Shown one piece after another: positions 10,595-20,496 of a stretch of 64,000 bases of DNA. Numbering within the stretch: the stretch's first letter is position 1; every line of letters starts with the position of its first letter. Both the position numbers and the translations under genes were made by a program. The stretch is from the IMG/VR virus record IMGVR_UViG_3300008261_000400, one strand, 5' to 3'. This stretch comes from an uncultured virus (IMG/VR IMGVR_UViG_3300008261_000400). Taxonomy: Duplodnaviria; Heunggongvirae; Uroviricota; Caudoviricetes. The notes beneath the pieces are model-generated. The model ran no database searches and was not told the DNA's origin. It saw only the letters and a list, made by a program, of their open reading frames with translations.

Positions 10595-11407
10595 TTGATA
10601 ACTATGGAAAATTTTGAGTGGATTGACGATGCGTTTCGAGTAGAAGAACGCAAGTGGGGTACATGGGACTCTTACGATAGAGATGGTAAGAGTATTATAA
10701 CCTCACTGACAAAGGAAAATTGTATTAATGCAACTCGGTGGTATCTAAAACAAAAACAGGAAGGGTTTTCTGAAACAGAAATTAAATATGAAAGTTTTGT
10801 TGGAGGAAAACTTTGAAAAGAAAAAAGACTATATGGAGATGGTGGGCAAAAGCTCTTGGGGAAAAGGCATCTAAGTGCGATAAAGAGTCTGACCTTGTTG
10901 CTTGGATAAGAACTTTTATTTTTATCACATACCTAATTACAAATTGTTTTATTGTTGCGGGAGTAATTAGACATTGGAATGATAGTCAGGACATTTATAT
11001 AGAATTAAATACCAATGACCAACCAACACCCGCAATCTAATACAGTACCACTTGTAATTGTCCTAGTTATTCTTTTTTTGCTTGACTTAATAATTATAGG
11101 TGGTGTATTATATAAGGGACATGCAAATTTTGTAGAGTTATTTAAACATCTAAAACTATGACTAAAAGAACTTACACACAAAAAGATGGAACAATTTGGG
11201 AATGGGACGAAACTCCAGAACTTCTTCAACTCCTTAAAGAACTACACACAAAGGAGTCCACACCCAGCTCTGGATCCAACGACTCCGTGGTATGATTGGT
11301 TATGTTATTGTGAAATCTGTGAAAGTTTAGGCCCTATTCCAGGGCAACCTTCTCTTCGCAGATTTATGGCATATAGAAGATACCTAAAAGAAGTTGGAAT
11401 ACTGTAA
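10595..11407 (+). CDS. Small hypothetical proteins (10595-10816, 10813-11040, 11186-11407 and others)
   Basis: Packed ORFs typical of cyanophage accessory regions. Confidence 0.55.
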
Positions 11408-11424
11408 ATTTTTTGGAGATTATT

Positions 11425-12078
11425 ATGAAAATATTTTTGGATACTGCAAATTTTGAAGAAATTTCTGATAAGTATGTCACAGGATTGATTGATGGAGTTA
11501 CCACCAATCCAACTCTAATTAAAAAGAGTGGTAAAGATCCATATCAAGTTATTAAAAGTATTTCAGAATCTTTCTCTGAGTTTGAATCTATCTCTGCAGA
11601 AGTAGTTTCGAATACATGTGAAGGTATGGTCGAGCAAGCTCAACCATATTTGCAACTTGATAACGTTACAATAAAAGTTCCCTGTACTGTAGAAGGACTT
11701 AAAGCTTGTAGACAACTTCGTAGTATTGGTGCAACAGTTAACGTAACTCTCATCTTCTCTGCATCTCAAGCTGTTCTTGCTGCAAAGGCTGGTGCAACTT
11801 ATGTTTCTCCTTTTGTAGGACGCTTGACTGATAATGGATTTGATGGACTTGAGTTGATTAAGAGTATTCGTATGATTTATGATAACTGTTATGATACTTC
11901 TGTTCCGCAAATTTTGGCCGCATCAGTTCGTAGTCCAGAAGTAGTTGCGTTGTGTTATCGTGAGGGAGCTGATATTGTAACTATTCCTTCATCAATCTTT
12001 GATAAAATGTATGAAAGTGTTCTTACTCGTGAAGGACTTGATATCTTCCAAAAGGATTGGGATAGTATTAATGTTTAA
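11425..12078 (+). CDS. talC: Transaldolase (TalC/FSA family)
   Basis: IFLDTA, GVTTNPTL, IKVP, VNVTLIFS, YVSPFVGR, ILAASVR. Confidence 0.96.
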   Translation: MKIFLDTANFEEISDKYVTGLIDGVTTNPTLIKKSGKDPYQVIKSISESFSEFESISAEVVSNTCEGMVEQAQPYLQLDNVTIKVPCTVEGLKACRQLRSIGATVNVTLIFSASQAVLAAKAGATYVSPFVGRLTDNGFDGLELIKSIRMIYDNCYDTSVPQILAASVRSPEVVALCYREGADIVTIPSSIFDKMYESVLTREGLDIFQKDWDSINV

Positions 12079-12392
12079 ATATTATATTGATAAGTTTTCT
12101 CTAAAATTTCAATCTGTTTGGAAAAAAATCATGAATGATTATAGTTTTACAAATCACACATTTGTTATTGATGAAATTACAGGAGAAAAATACTCTTTAA
12201 CAGATCTTCTAGTTGATCTTCAACGTAGAGTATCTGAACTGGAGGACAGGTACACTAGTCTCATTTTTGACGTTCGTAAACTTGAAGATGAGAATGTTGA
12301 GACTACAAATACTCTATACGAAATTACAAACTCTATTGATGCTGTTGATGCTCGTATAGATATATTGACTGCTGAAAAATGGACTGACAACA

Positions 12393-12572
12393 ATGTATGA
12401 ACTAGATGACTTTGAAAAAGCTTTAGCACACTTTGGTACAAGAGTCGATGTCATCATAGCGATGGAAATGGGAGGCAAATTAGATGCTGACACTGCTTAC
12501 AAAAATATTAAGATGGAACTCAAAGAGCTCAAACGAATCCGAAAGTCTACAAAAAAAGACAAGGATTTGTGA
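12393..12572 (+). CDS. Conserved hypothetical protein (59 aa)
   Basis: MYELDDFEKALAHFGTRVDVIIAMEMGGKLDADTAYKNIKMELKELK..., below ORF-track threshold. Confidence 0.6.
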   Translation: MYELDDFEKALAHFGTRVDVIIAMEMGGKLDADTAYKNIKMELKELKRIRKSTKKDKDL

Positions 12573-12678
12573 TAAGTGTGGAATTGAAAAATCATTAAAA
12601 GAAAACTTTGAAGTTGTCAAGTATTTTCGAGATGGTTATTCATACTATTGCAATGAATGTTCCAAACCAAGAAGCAAT

Positions 12679-12686
12679 AATAAATA
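12679..12686 (+). promoter_or_regulatory. T4-like late promoter
   Basis: AATAAATA 30 nt upstream of the fibre-tip gene. Confidence 0.65.
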
Positions 12687-12716
12687 ATTTGATTATGGTC
12701 AAACTAAGGTAGATAT

Positions 12717-13166
12717 ATGGCTATATTAACTACTAATGGAATATTTTTCTCTGCTGGAAATGAATTAAATTCTAGGAGACAACTTTTTCCAACTTCAACA
12801 GTTTGGTCATACTTTCAAGCAGCTGCACCTACTGGATGGACCAAAATAATAACACAAGATAATAAAGCTTTAAGAGTTGTTTCGGGTACGGGTGCAGGTT
12901 CTGGTGGAACTACAAATTTTACTACGGTATTTTCCCCTACTGTAGCTTTAACTGGAACAGTAACTGCACCTACCAGTGGAATTCAACCTGGACCTGCTTT
13001 AGTTACAAGTCAAATTCCTTCCCACATCCACTCCAATGGTGGTGAAGTATCCTTAACTATTAACCCTCAAAACCCAGATGGTTCATATACTGGTGGAGAT
13101 GTTAGAGCTGGAACTGGTTGGGGTGTTCAATATATTGACATCATCATGTGTAGTTTTGATGGATAA
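12717..13166 (+). CDS. Short tail-fibre/collar-like protein, paralog 1
   Basis: FQAAAPTGW, DNKALRVVSGTG, SHIH, VQYIDII; Gly/Thr-rich. Confidence 0.7.
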   Translation: MAILTTNGIFFSAGNELNSRRQLFPTSTVWSYFQAAAPTGWTKIITQDNKALRVVSGTGAGSGGTTNFTTVFSPTVALTGTVTAPTSGIQPGPALVTSQIPSHIHSNGGEVSLTINPQNPDGSYTGGDVRAGTGWGVQYIDIIMCSFDG

Positions 13167-13207
13167 AATAAATAACTTAAAATATCTCTTAGTCGGATAA
13201 TAGTATA

Positions 13208-13729
13208 ATGGCAGCAGTATTAACAACAACTGGAATAACGTTTGGTGACGGTACATCACTAAATTCCAAATATGGAATAGTGCCTCAGAGTAGCGTATCG
13301 GTTTTTTTCCAAGCATCTGCCCCTACTGGATGGGCTCAAGTAACGACCCAAAACGATAAGGCTTTAAGAGTCGTTTCTGGTACTGGTGGTGGTTCTGGAG
13401 GTACTACTGCTTTTTCATCTGCTTTCCCTAATAGTTTAAAACCTGTTACTACTACAGTTACTATTACTGGAACTGTAGGGGATACTACTCTTACGACAGC
13501 ACAACTACCTTCGCACACTCATGCTAATGGTGGATCCATAGGATTAACTCCTGGTGGCGGTGATGTTGCCTCTGGTGGAGGTTGGACAAGAAATTTCCCC
13601 AATAGTGGAGCTAACCCCGTACCTAATGGTGGGGCTCACTCACACCCATGGAGCGGTACAGCTCCTTTTTCAGCAAGTATAGATTTTAGAGTTCAATATA
13701 TTGATGTTATAATTTGTTCTTTATCCTAA
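13208..13729 (+). CDS. Short tail-fibre/collar-like protein, paralog 2
   Basis: FQASAPTGW, TLTTAQLPSHTH, AHSH, VQYIDVI (HxH fibre-tip motifs). Confidence 0.75.
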   Translation: MAAVLTTTGITFGDGTSLNSKYGIVPQSSVSVFFQASAPTGWAQVTTQNDKALRVVSGTGGGSGGTTAFSSAFPNSLKPVTTTVTITGTVGDTTLTTAQLPSHTHANGGSIGLTPGGGDVASGGGWTRNFPNSGANPVPNGGAHSHPWSGTAPFSASIDFRVQYIDVIICSLS

Positions 13730-13767
13730 TTTTTGGTATAATTATTGTATTCGTGGACTGATCTTAT

Positions 13768-14133
13768 ATGTTTAAAAAGACTGAACCTGGGACATACTGC
13801 CCTTTAATCAAAAAAGATTGCATTGAAAATAAATGTGCTTGGTATATGCATGTTAGAGGTATGAATCCAAATACTGGTGAAGATGTTGATCACTGGGGAT
13901 GCGCTGTTTCATGGATGCCAATGCTTACAATAGAAAACTCTCAACAACAAAGATCTACTGGAGCTGCTGTAGAGTCATTTAGAAATGAAGTTGTTAAGGC
14001 TAACGAAACGAATAGGGAAATATATATACAAGGATTAATGAATCAAAACTTTGTTCCTGTCAATGTAACTCCATTGACTCAAACAGGATTGCCTTTCGGA
14101 GAAGAAAATGAGACTGACGATAATTCCAAGTGA
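13768..14133 (+). CDS. Hypothetical Cys-rich protein of fibre module
   Basis: CPLIKKDC..CAW..GCAVSW..ESFRNE. Confidence 0.7.
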   Translation: MFKKTEPGTYCPLIKKDCIENKCAWYMHVRGMNPNTGEDVDHWGCAVSWMPMLTIENSQQQRSTGAAVESFRNEVVKANETNREIYIQGLMNQNFVPVNVTPLTQTGLPFGEENETDDNSK

Positions 14134-14644
14134 TAGAACTGTTTACATAGACGGTGAGTATTATTCTGACATTGATATGAGTTGGGTTCCCCAAATCAAT
14201 GGTGTAGCTGTACACGCTGTTCAGTGGTATGGTGATCATGGTAGTGTAGAGTTGGTTACTCAAGATCCGAATATCGAAATTACAGAGTTGGGTGTTTGGG
14301 AACAATCTATAGAGTTATGGCAAAAGAAAAAAGAAGAACATCAATTGTGGTTGGAAGAACAAAAAGCATTGATGGAAGTTCGCAATTTTTCTCAGTATGA
14401 AGGATATGGTGACTTAGATGATCTAATGGCTCTAGATTATATTTTGGAAGAAGAAGAGGAAGAGGAAATAGTTGAAATTGATGTAATGGCTGAAGACTTT
14501 GAAAATCAAAGTGTAGAAGAAGCTTCTGAATCTGATTTGGTGGTTGGTGATATAAACTACGAAGAACTTGAGTCTGTAGACAATGAAGTATCGGAAGAGG
14601 ATCAAATTTATTACGATATTGAAGAGTTGTTAAAAGAAATTTAA
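14108..14644 (+). CDS. Hypothetical (tail-fibre assembly-like) protein with acidic C-terminus
   Basis: MRLTII..VHAVQW N-domain plus Glu/Asp-rich tail. Confidence 0.6.
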   Translation: MRLTIIPSDRTVYIDGEYYSDIDMSWVPQINGVAVHAVQWYGDHGSVELVTQDPNIEITELGVWEQSIELWQKKKEEHQLWLEEQKALMEVRNFSQYEGYGDLDDLMALDYILEEEEEEEIVEIDVMAEDFENQSVEEASESDLVVGDINYEELESVDNEVSEEDQIYYDIEELLKEI

Positions 14645-14660
14645 AATTTTTTTGTTTGTT

Positions 14661-15869
14661 ATGAATAATCTAAATCCTTCCATCAAGGTAAACAATTATC
14701 TTGTTGTCAAAAATTTTATAGACATTAAAAGATCTAAAAGTTTATCAGATGAGTTTAATTCTTTCTGTGATAAAAATAATGTACTTGGTGACGATCAGGC
14801 TTTAAACTCGTCCTCGGTATACAATTATATTTCTTTCTTAGAACTTCTTTGTGAAAAAACTCCAGAGATTAGTAAAATCTGTGGGGAAACTGTATTGCCT
14901 ACTTATTCTTATGCCAGAACTTATCGAAAGGGCAGTGTTTTAAAAAAACACACTGATAAAGATCAATGTGAAGTATCATTGACTGTTAACTTAGGTAGTG
15001 ATCGGCCGTGGTTAATTTGGATTGAAACTCCCAATAGTGATAAACATAATATTATGTTGTCTCCTGGAGATGCATTACTGTATATGGGATGCGATGCACC
15101 TCACTGGAGAGATGAATATGATGGTGAATGGTACACACAAGTATTCCTGCATTATGTTTTCAGTCGTGGAAATAGAGTTAATAGTTATTTTGATAAAAGT
15201 CATTTAGGGATAAATTGTGATCAACATGGAAATAAAGTTGAAAAAACTTTAGAAGAAAGTAAAATTATAAAAACTCCAGAACTTATAGTTAAACCTAGTA
15301 TTAGAAGTCAAACAAAGCTAGAAGATTTTATTGTTGTTCTAGATTCTTTAGTATCAGATGAACTTTGTAATAAAATTATATCTGAATATAAAGATTGTGA
15401 CTTATGGAAAGATACAAGTGTCGGCGGTGGTGAAGTAAATCCAAACGTTAGAAGTTGTTCAGTATTGAATATTAGTGAAGAAAATACCTTACAGTACAAT
15501 ACACAATATAGAAAACAACTTGATTCAGATTTCTTTCTTTCCGCTTCACAAGCCCTTCAGAAGTATAAAGAAAAATTTCCTGATGCAAATGTAGATATAG
15601 ATACTGGATATGATCTACTCAGATATAAAGAAGGTCAATTTTATATTCAACATACAGATTCATTTAAATTACAACAAAGAGCAATTAGTTGTTCATTCAG
15701 TTTGAATGATGATTATGAGGGTGGTGAATTTGCATTTTTTGATAGAGAGATAGTTATTAAGACTAAAAAGGGAGACGCCATTCTCTTCCCATCAAACTTT
15801 ATGTATCCGCATGAAGTTATGCCTGTTACTTCAGGAACAAGATATTCTATTATAACTTGGTATGTCTGA
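14661..15869 (+). CDS. Tandem two-domain 2OG-Fe(II) oxygenase (prolyl-4-hydroxylase-like)
   Basis: Domain 1 PTYSYAR..KKHTD..HWR; domain 2 QHTD..YEGGEF..FPSNFMYPHEV..GTRYSI. Confidence 0.88.
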   Translation: MNNLNPSIKVNNYLVVKNFIDIKRSKSLSDEFNSFCDKNNVLGDDQALNSSSVYNYISFLELLCEKTPEISKICGETVLPTYSYARTYRKGSVLKKHTDKDQCEVSLTVNLGSDRPWLIWIETPNSDKHNIMLSPGDALLYMGCDAPHWRDEYDGEWYTQVFLHYVFSRGNRVNSYFDKSHLGINCDQHGNKVEKTLEESKIIKTPELIVKPSIRSQTKLEDFIVVLDSLVSDELCNKIISEYKDCDLWKDTSVGGGEVNPNVRSCSVLNISEENTLQYNTQYRKQLDSDFFLSASQALQKYKEKFPDANVDIDTGYDLLRYKEGQFYIQHTDSFKLQQRAISCSFSLNDDYEGGEFAFFDREIVIKTKKGDAILFPSNFMYPHEVMPVTSGTRYSIITWYV

Positions 15870-16644
15870 AAAACTTAAAGGACTTCCTACCATATACTAT
15901 CTAAATGTTGATAGTAAAACAGAAAGAAAAGAATACATGGAATCCCAATTCGATAAATGGGAAATTTCAAATGTAACTAGATTTTCTGAAGGTATTTTTT
16001 ATCCGGAGAATTTTAAAGAGTGGGAAAGTCTTGTTTATAAAAGTGAAATATACAAAGAACAAGACTACTTAAAGGTTTGTATAAATCTTTCCACATTGGA
16101 AATGGTTAGACATTGGTTAGAGAATACGAATGAAAAATATCTTATTTTGTTTGAAGATGATTATGATCTGAACCTAATAGAATACTGGCATTTTGATTGG
16201 AAATATCTAATGACTCATCTTCCATATGATTGGGACTGTATTCAATTGGGATTTGAATCTCATAATTATATTTCATTCTTTCTGCACCCAAAAACAAGCC
16301 ATAGTTTTTATGGACCAGTATTAATAAATCGACACTTTGCACAAAAGTTAATCGATATCCACACGATCAAGGGAAAATATTCCTTTATCCATAACTATGG
16401 TCCAGAATATTTTTATAGATGTCTAGGATTAGATCAGTTTTTTGGATTTGTTGGTAAGACATATCAGATTCCTTTGATTACACAAAACCCAAATCTAGAT
16501 GAGATTCCAAAGAAACATCATTTCATTTGTAGAGATCTTTATTATAATTGGTGGAAAAACAATAGAGATGATTTTACCCTAAAGGATTTTTTCACATACG
16601 GTAAAAAATATGATCATCTAATGACTGTACCGGTTGTTGAATGA
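15862..16644 (+). CDS. Glycosyltransferase family 25, copy 1
   Basis: IYYLNVD..ERK, FEDD, LPYDWDCIQL. Confidence 0.8.
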   Translation: MSEKLKGLPTIYYLNVDSKTERKEYMESQFDKWEISNVTRFSEGIFYPENFKEWESLVYKSEIYKEQDYLKVCINLSTLEMVRHWLENTNEKYLILFEDDYDLNLIEYWHFDWKYLMTHLPYDWDCIQLGFESHNYISFFLHPKTSHSFYGPVLINRHFAQKLIDIHTIKGKYSFIHNYGPEYFYRCLGLDQFFGFVGKTYQIPLITQNPNLDEIPKKHHFICRDLYYNWWKNNRDDFTLKDFFTYGKKYDHLMTVPVVE

Positions 16645-17441
16645 CTGAATCGAAATTAAAAGATATTCCTCCAATTTATTACTTGAATTTGGATCATAGA
16701 GTAGAAAGAAAGCTGTATATTGAAAATCAGTTTAGAAAGTATAATATTAAAAATTATACTAGAATTTCTGCCTCACGTTATGACCCAAAAAATTATTCTG
16801 AGTGGAAGTCAAAAATAATTGCGGATGATATTTTAACTCAACCGCAATTTCTTTCTGTATTATTGAATAGGATACAGAGTATTGTGGATTGGTATAACTC
16901 AAATACATCTGAAGTTTGTATGATGATAGAGGATGATCTATCATTTGATACGGTAGAATACTGGGACTTTAATTGGAAAGATATCTTTAACAAACTTCCT
17001 TGTAATTGGGATTGCATTCAATTTCATATCATAGGCGAGAGGTATATTCCAATGTTCTTATCGAAGTGGACTAAGAACAATCATGCTGCAACTTGTTTTA
17101 TGATAACAAGATCTTATGCAGAGAAAATGATAAGATTGCACTATGACAATGGATTCTTTAAATTTTATACAAACTATGGATTAAGTGAAAAATGGCCAAA
17201 GTATCATTATCAATCTGGTGATTTTGTTCCATATCAAATAGGCGTTACTTATTCCCTACCCCTCTTCATATCGAATTCTCATTTTATAAGTGATGGTTAT
17301 TTGGATAAACCAAACCATCTAGCTAAAAAGTCTGATGAAGTTGTTTTAGATTGGTGGAAAAATAAGAGTACAAACTACAATATATGTGATATAATGTCTA
17401 TAGATTCTGTCAATAAAAACGATCTATTAATAAAGTTATAG
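16641..17441 (+). CDS. Glycosyltransferase family 25, copy 2
   Basis: IYYLNLDHRVERK, RISA, IEDD, LPCNWDCIQ. Confidence 0.8.
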   Translation: MTESKLKDIPPIYYLNLDHRVERKLYIENQFRKYNIKNYTRISASRYDPKNYSEWKSKIIADDILTQPQFLSVLLNRIQSIVDWYNSNTSEVCMMIEDDLSFDTVEYWDFNWKDIFNKLPCNWDCIQFHIIGERYIPMFLSKWTKNNHAATCFMITRSYAEKMIRLHYDNGFFKFYTNYGLSEKWPKYHYQSGDFVPYQIGVTYSLPLFISNSHFISDGYLDKPNHLAKKSDEVVLDWWKNKSTNYNICDIMSIDSVNKNDLLIKL

Positions 17442-17442
17442 T

Positions 17443-18294
17443 ATGAATTTAAAAGATAAACTTAAAGGATTGCCAACGATTTATTATTTAAATCTTGACG
17501 AAAGACCTGATAGAAAACAATATACTGAAGAACAATACGAAAAATATAAAATTAGTAACTTTAAAAGGTTTTCTGCTTCTAGTTATCAACTTCAAAATTT
17601 TGATGAATGGAAAAGTAAAGTAATACTGAATGATATTTCAACATGTAAAAGGTGGAGACAACATTTAATAGAAGTAGCTACTGCTCTTTCCACTATTGAT
17701 ATGCTCAAAAGTTGGTTGGAAAATACAATTGAAGAATATGTTATCTTAATGGAAGATGATTATGATTTAAGTTATATTGATTATTGGCATTTTGATTGGG
17801 AATACTTGATGAATAACATTCCTTTCGATTGGGATTGTATTCAACTGGGTTTTGAAAATGAAAAAATTATTCCATGTTATCTACATCCAATATTGTCTGG
17901 ACATGATAGTGGAGCTGCATTGATAAGAAGAAGTTACGCAGAAAAATTAATAAGACTTTTTTGTGTAGATGAAAAGTATAATCTTGCTCATAAAATTTCA
18001 AATTGGAAATGGTCGATAGGACTAGATATACCTAATGTAACTATAGATTATTTCCTAATACATAGTGGAAGAACTTATTCAATGCCTTTGATAAGTGTAA
18101 ATCCAGATATTGGTAGTTATTCGGTAAATTATGTAAGATCTGATAGACCTGATTTAGTTCTTGCTAGGAAGGCTTATAAGAAATGGTGGACCGTTCTGAG
18201 AGATGATTATACATTAGAAGAGTTTTTCATGTATGGAAAACCAAATGATAGAGTTATAACACCTAGAGAACCCGACATTGATAAGTATGTTTGA
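17443..18294 (+). CDS. Glycosyltransferase family 25, copy 3
   Basis: IYYLNLDERPDRK, RFSA, MEDD, IPFDWDCIQL. Confidence 0.8.
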   Translation: MNLKDKLKGLPTIYYLNLDERPDRKQYTEEQYEKYKISNFKRFSASSYQLQNFDEWKSKVILNDISTCKRWRQHLIEVATALSTIDMLKSWLENTIEEYVILMEDDYDLSYIDYWHFDWEYLMNNIPFDWDCIQLGFENEKIIPCYLHPILSGHDSGAALIRRSYAEKLIRLFCVDEKYNLAHKISNWKWSIGLDIPNVTIDYFLIHSGRTYSMPLISVNPDIGSYSVNYVRSDRPDLVLARKAYKKWWTVLRDDYTLEEFFMYGKPNDRVITPREPDIDKYV

Positions 18295-18877
18295 AAAAGT
18301 AAATGAGTTTGAAAACAAAGTCGCAGAATATTTCTCAGCCCCATATGCTGTAGCTGTAGACTCATGTACACATGCAATAGAATTATGTCTTAGACATACT
18401 TCATGCAATAATTTGACTATTCCAACTAACACTTATGTTTCTATTCCAATGACTTTAATGAAATTGGAATTGAATTGGACATGGAGAAATGAAGACTGGG
18501 AAGATTATTATCAACTAGGCAATTCAAATATTATTGACGCTGCTGTACTATGGAAAGAAAATAGTTATATTCCTGACACCTACATGTGCCTTAGTTTCCA
18601 GTATAAAAAACATCTTAGTGTTGGTAGGGGTGGAATGATTCTGTTGCAAAACAAAAATGACTATGATATACTAAAGAAAATGTCTTACGATGGTAGAGAT
18701 GTTTCTAAGCCTTGGGCTAAACAAGACATTGATACCGTAGGTTATCATTATTATATGACTCCAGAGACAGCTATCTTGGGTTCTTTTAGGTTTAATGAAG
18801 TTCGTGATAAACAACCTAAAAAATGGACTTATCTAGATTACCCACACTTACCTGACATGTCTGTGTTTAAATGTTAA
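18287..18877 (+). CDS. Short DegT/DnrJ/EryC1/StrS-family PLP aminotransferase
   Basis: FE..VAEY, AVAVDSCTHAI, IIDAA, LSFQYKKHL (PLP Lys), GRGGMI, GYHYYM. Confidence 0.82.
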   Translation: MFEKVNEFENKVAEYFSAPYAVAVDSCTHAIELCLRHTSCNNLTIPTNTYVSIPMTLMKLELNWTWRNEDWEDYYQLGNSNIIDAAVLWKENSYIPDTYMCLSFQYKKHLSVGRGGMILLQNKNDYDILKKMSYDGRDVSKPWAKQDIDTVGYHYYMTPETAILGSFRFNEVRDKQPKKWTYLDYPHLPDMSVFKC

Positions 18878-19377
18878 ATCATATAAAACCTAATTGGAAT
18901 ATCAAAGATTTTTATAATCTAGACTACGTTTTGTCTACACATAAAGATGAAGAGTTGGTTAACCAATATTTAAGTTCTGGTCACAGTGAGGAAAAATTAT
19001 CTATATACAAGTACCAACAACCAGATCCAATGCCAAAGTGCGTTGAGGAATATATCATTCCTCAATTTTATTTTTTAGATAAAGTTGGCGCAGCAGTAAA
19101 TTATTTTAAACCAGGACAATATCTACCTCTTCATACAGATCTTTTTGGTAAATATCTAGAAATTAATAACATAGGATCTGAAAATGTTATTAGATGTATG
19201 GTTATGTTGGAAGATAATTCTCCAGGCCAAATTTTGCAAGTGAAAGATACTTGTTACTGTGATTGGAAGGCTGGTGATTGTTTTTACTGGAACTATGATG
19301 AAATCCATGCATTTTATAATTTCAGTATGAAAGATAGATATGCAATTCAAGTAACTGGAGTATTAAATGAACAATAG
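18871..19377 (+). CDS. Cupin/2OG-Fe(II)-type hydroxylase
   Basis: PGQYLPLHTD, WKAGD, H.FYN, RYAIQVTG. Confidence 0.7.
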   Translation: MLNHIKPNWNIKDFYNLDYVLSTHKDEELVNQYLSSGHSEEKLSIYKYQQPDPMPKCVEEYIIPQFYFLDKVGAAVNYFKPGQYLPLHTDLFGKYLEINNIGSENVIRCMVMLEDNSPGQILQVKDTCYCDWKAGDCFYWNYDEIHAFYNFSMKDRYAIQVTGVLNEQ

Positions 19378-20335
19378 TACTAATGAGTGGGGAAGATTAA
19401 AAAAGGTTATTGTGGGTATTGCAGATTATGCAAGAGTGCCTGAAATGGATCGTAGTCTGAGATTGATTAACTATGCAGATCGTGAAGATGTTTCCGATGT
19501 AAAGTCAGGATTATATCCTGATCAAGTTATACAAGAAGCTAATGAAGATCTAGAAATCTTCGCAAACTTCTTAAGACAAGAGGGAGTAGATGTAGTAAGA
19601 CCTCATAGTGAACCAACAGGATATTATAATTTCTGTCCCAGAGATTGTATATTCATCCATGGAAATAACTATTTTGCAACTCCAATGCCCCTAAAGGCTA
19701 GGAGGTATAATTTTGGTTCAATCGCTCATCATTTTGATGGATTAGTTCCATTAACTTGTACCTATGATGACAAATTGTATAATGATGAATGTCTAGGGAA
19801 TAAAGATGTTTTAGCACTCACTGAACACTCTCCTGCTTTTGATGCTGCCAATATTATTAGGGCTAATGATCATGTTTTATATCTAGTTTCTAATAGTGGA
19901 AACATTTCTGGTGCGAATAAACTTCAACAAGTTTTGGGTCCAGACATTCAAGTTCATTTACTTCAAGGTGTGTATAGTTATATGCACATTGACACAACAA
20001 TTGCATTTCTAAGAGAGGGATTATTATTGGCTAATCCAGAAAGGATTAAGAGTAAAGATGTTCTTCCTGCACCATTTAAAAATTGGGATGTAATTTGGTG
20101 CCCAGAACCTGTTGACATTGGATACTATCCAGGTTATAATCATGCCTCAACATGGATTAACATGAATCTTTTTAGTGTCAATCCTAATCTCGTTGTTTTA
20201 GAAGAACATCAAGAACCAACAAGAAAAGAGTTAGAAAAATATGGTATAGATTGTGCCATGCTTCCTATGAGACACTCAAGAACTTTAAGTGGGTGTTTCC
20301 ATTGTGTAACTTTAGATTTAGAAAGAGATGACTGA
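19367..20335 (+). CDS. Amidinotransferase family protein (StrB1/glycine amidinotransferase-like), copy 2
   Basis: NEWGRLKKVIVG, EANEDL, CPRD, FDAAN, MHIDTT, SGCFHCVTLDL. Confidence 0.9.
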   Translation: MNNSTNEWGRLKKVIVGIADYARVPEMDRSLRLINYADREDVSDVKSGLYPDQVIQEANEDLEIFANFLRQEGVDVVRPHSEPTGYYNFCPRDCIFIHGNNYFATPMPLKARRYNFGSIAHHFDGLVPLTCTYDDKLYNDECLGNKDVLALTEHSPAFDAANIIRANDHVLYLVSNSGNISGANKLQQVLGPDIQVHLLQGVYSYMHIDTTIAFLREGLLLANPERIKSKDVLPAPFKNWDVIWCPEPVDIGYYPGYNHASTWINMNLFSVNPNLVVLEEHQEPTRKELEKYGIDCAMLPMRHSRTLSGCFHCVTLDLERDD

Positions 20336-20496
20336 AAATACTCCTATACATCCCAGTGGATTAAATATTATCCAAAATGATGACGGCTCTTTTGCTTTTG
20401 AGTGGGATAAAAACGATGAACGATGGTCTTGGCTAAATGACTTGACAGATGATCAAATTAAGATTATTATGGAACAAGCAATCAAGGACTTGACCG

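Noticed and set aside
12717..13729. Diversity-generating retroelement or invertible fibre cassette
   Set aside because: No reverse transcriptase or invertase; paralogs differ at all base types, not only adenines
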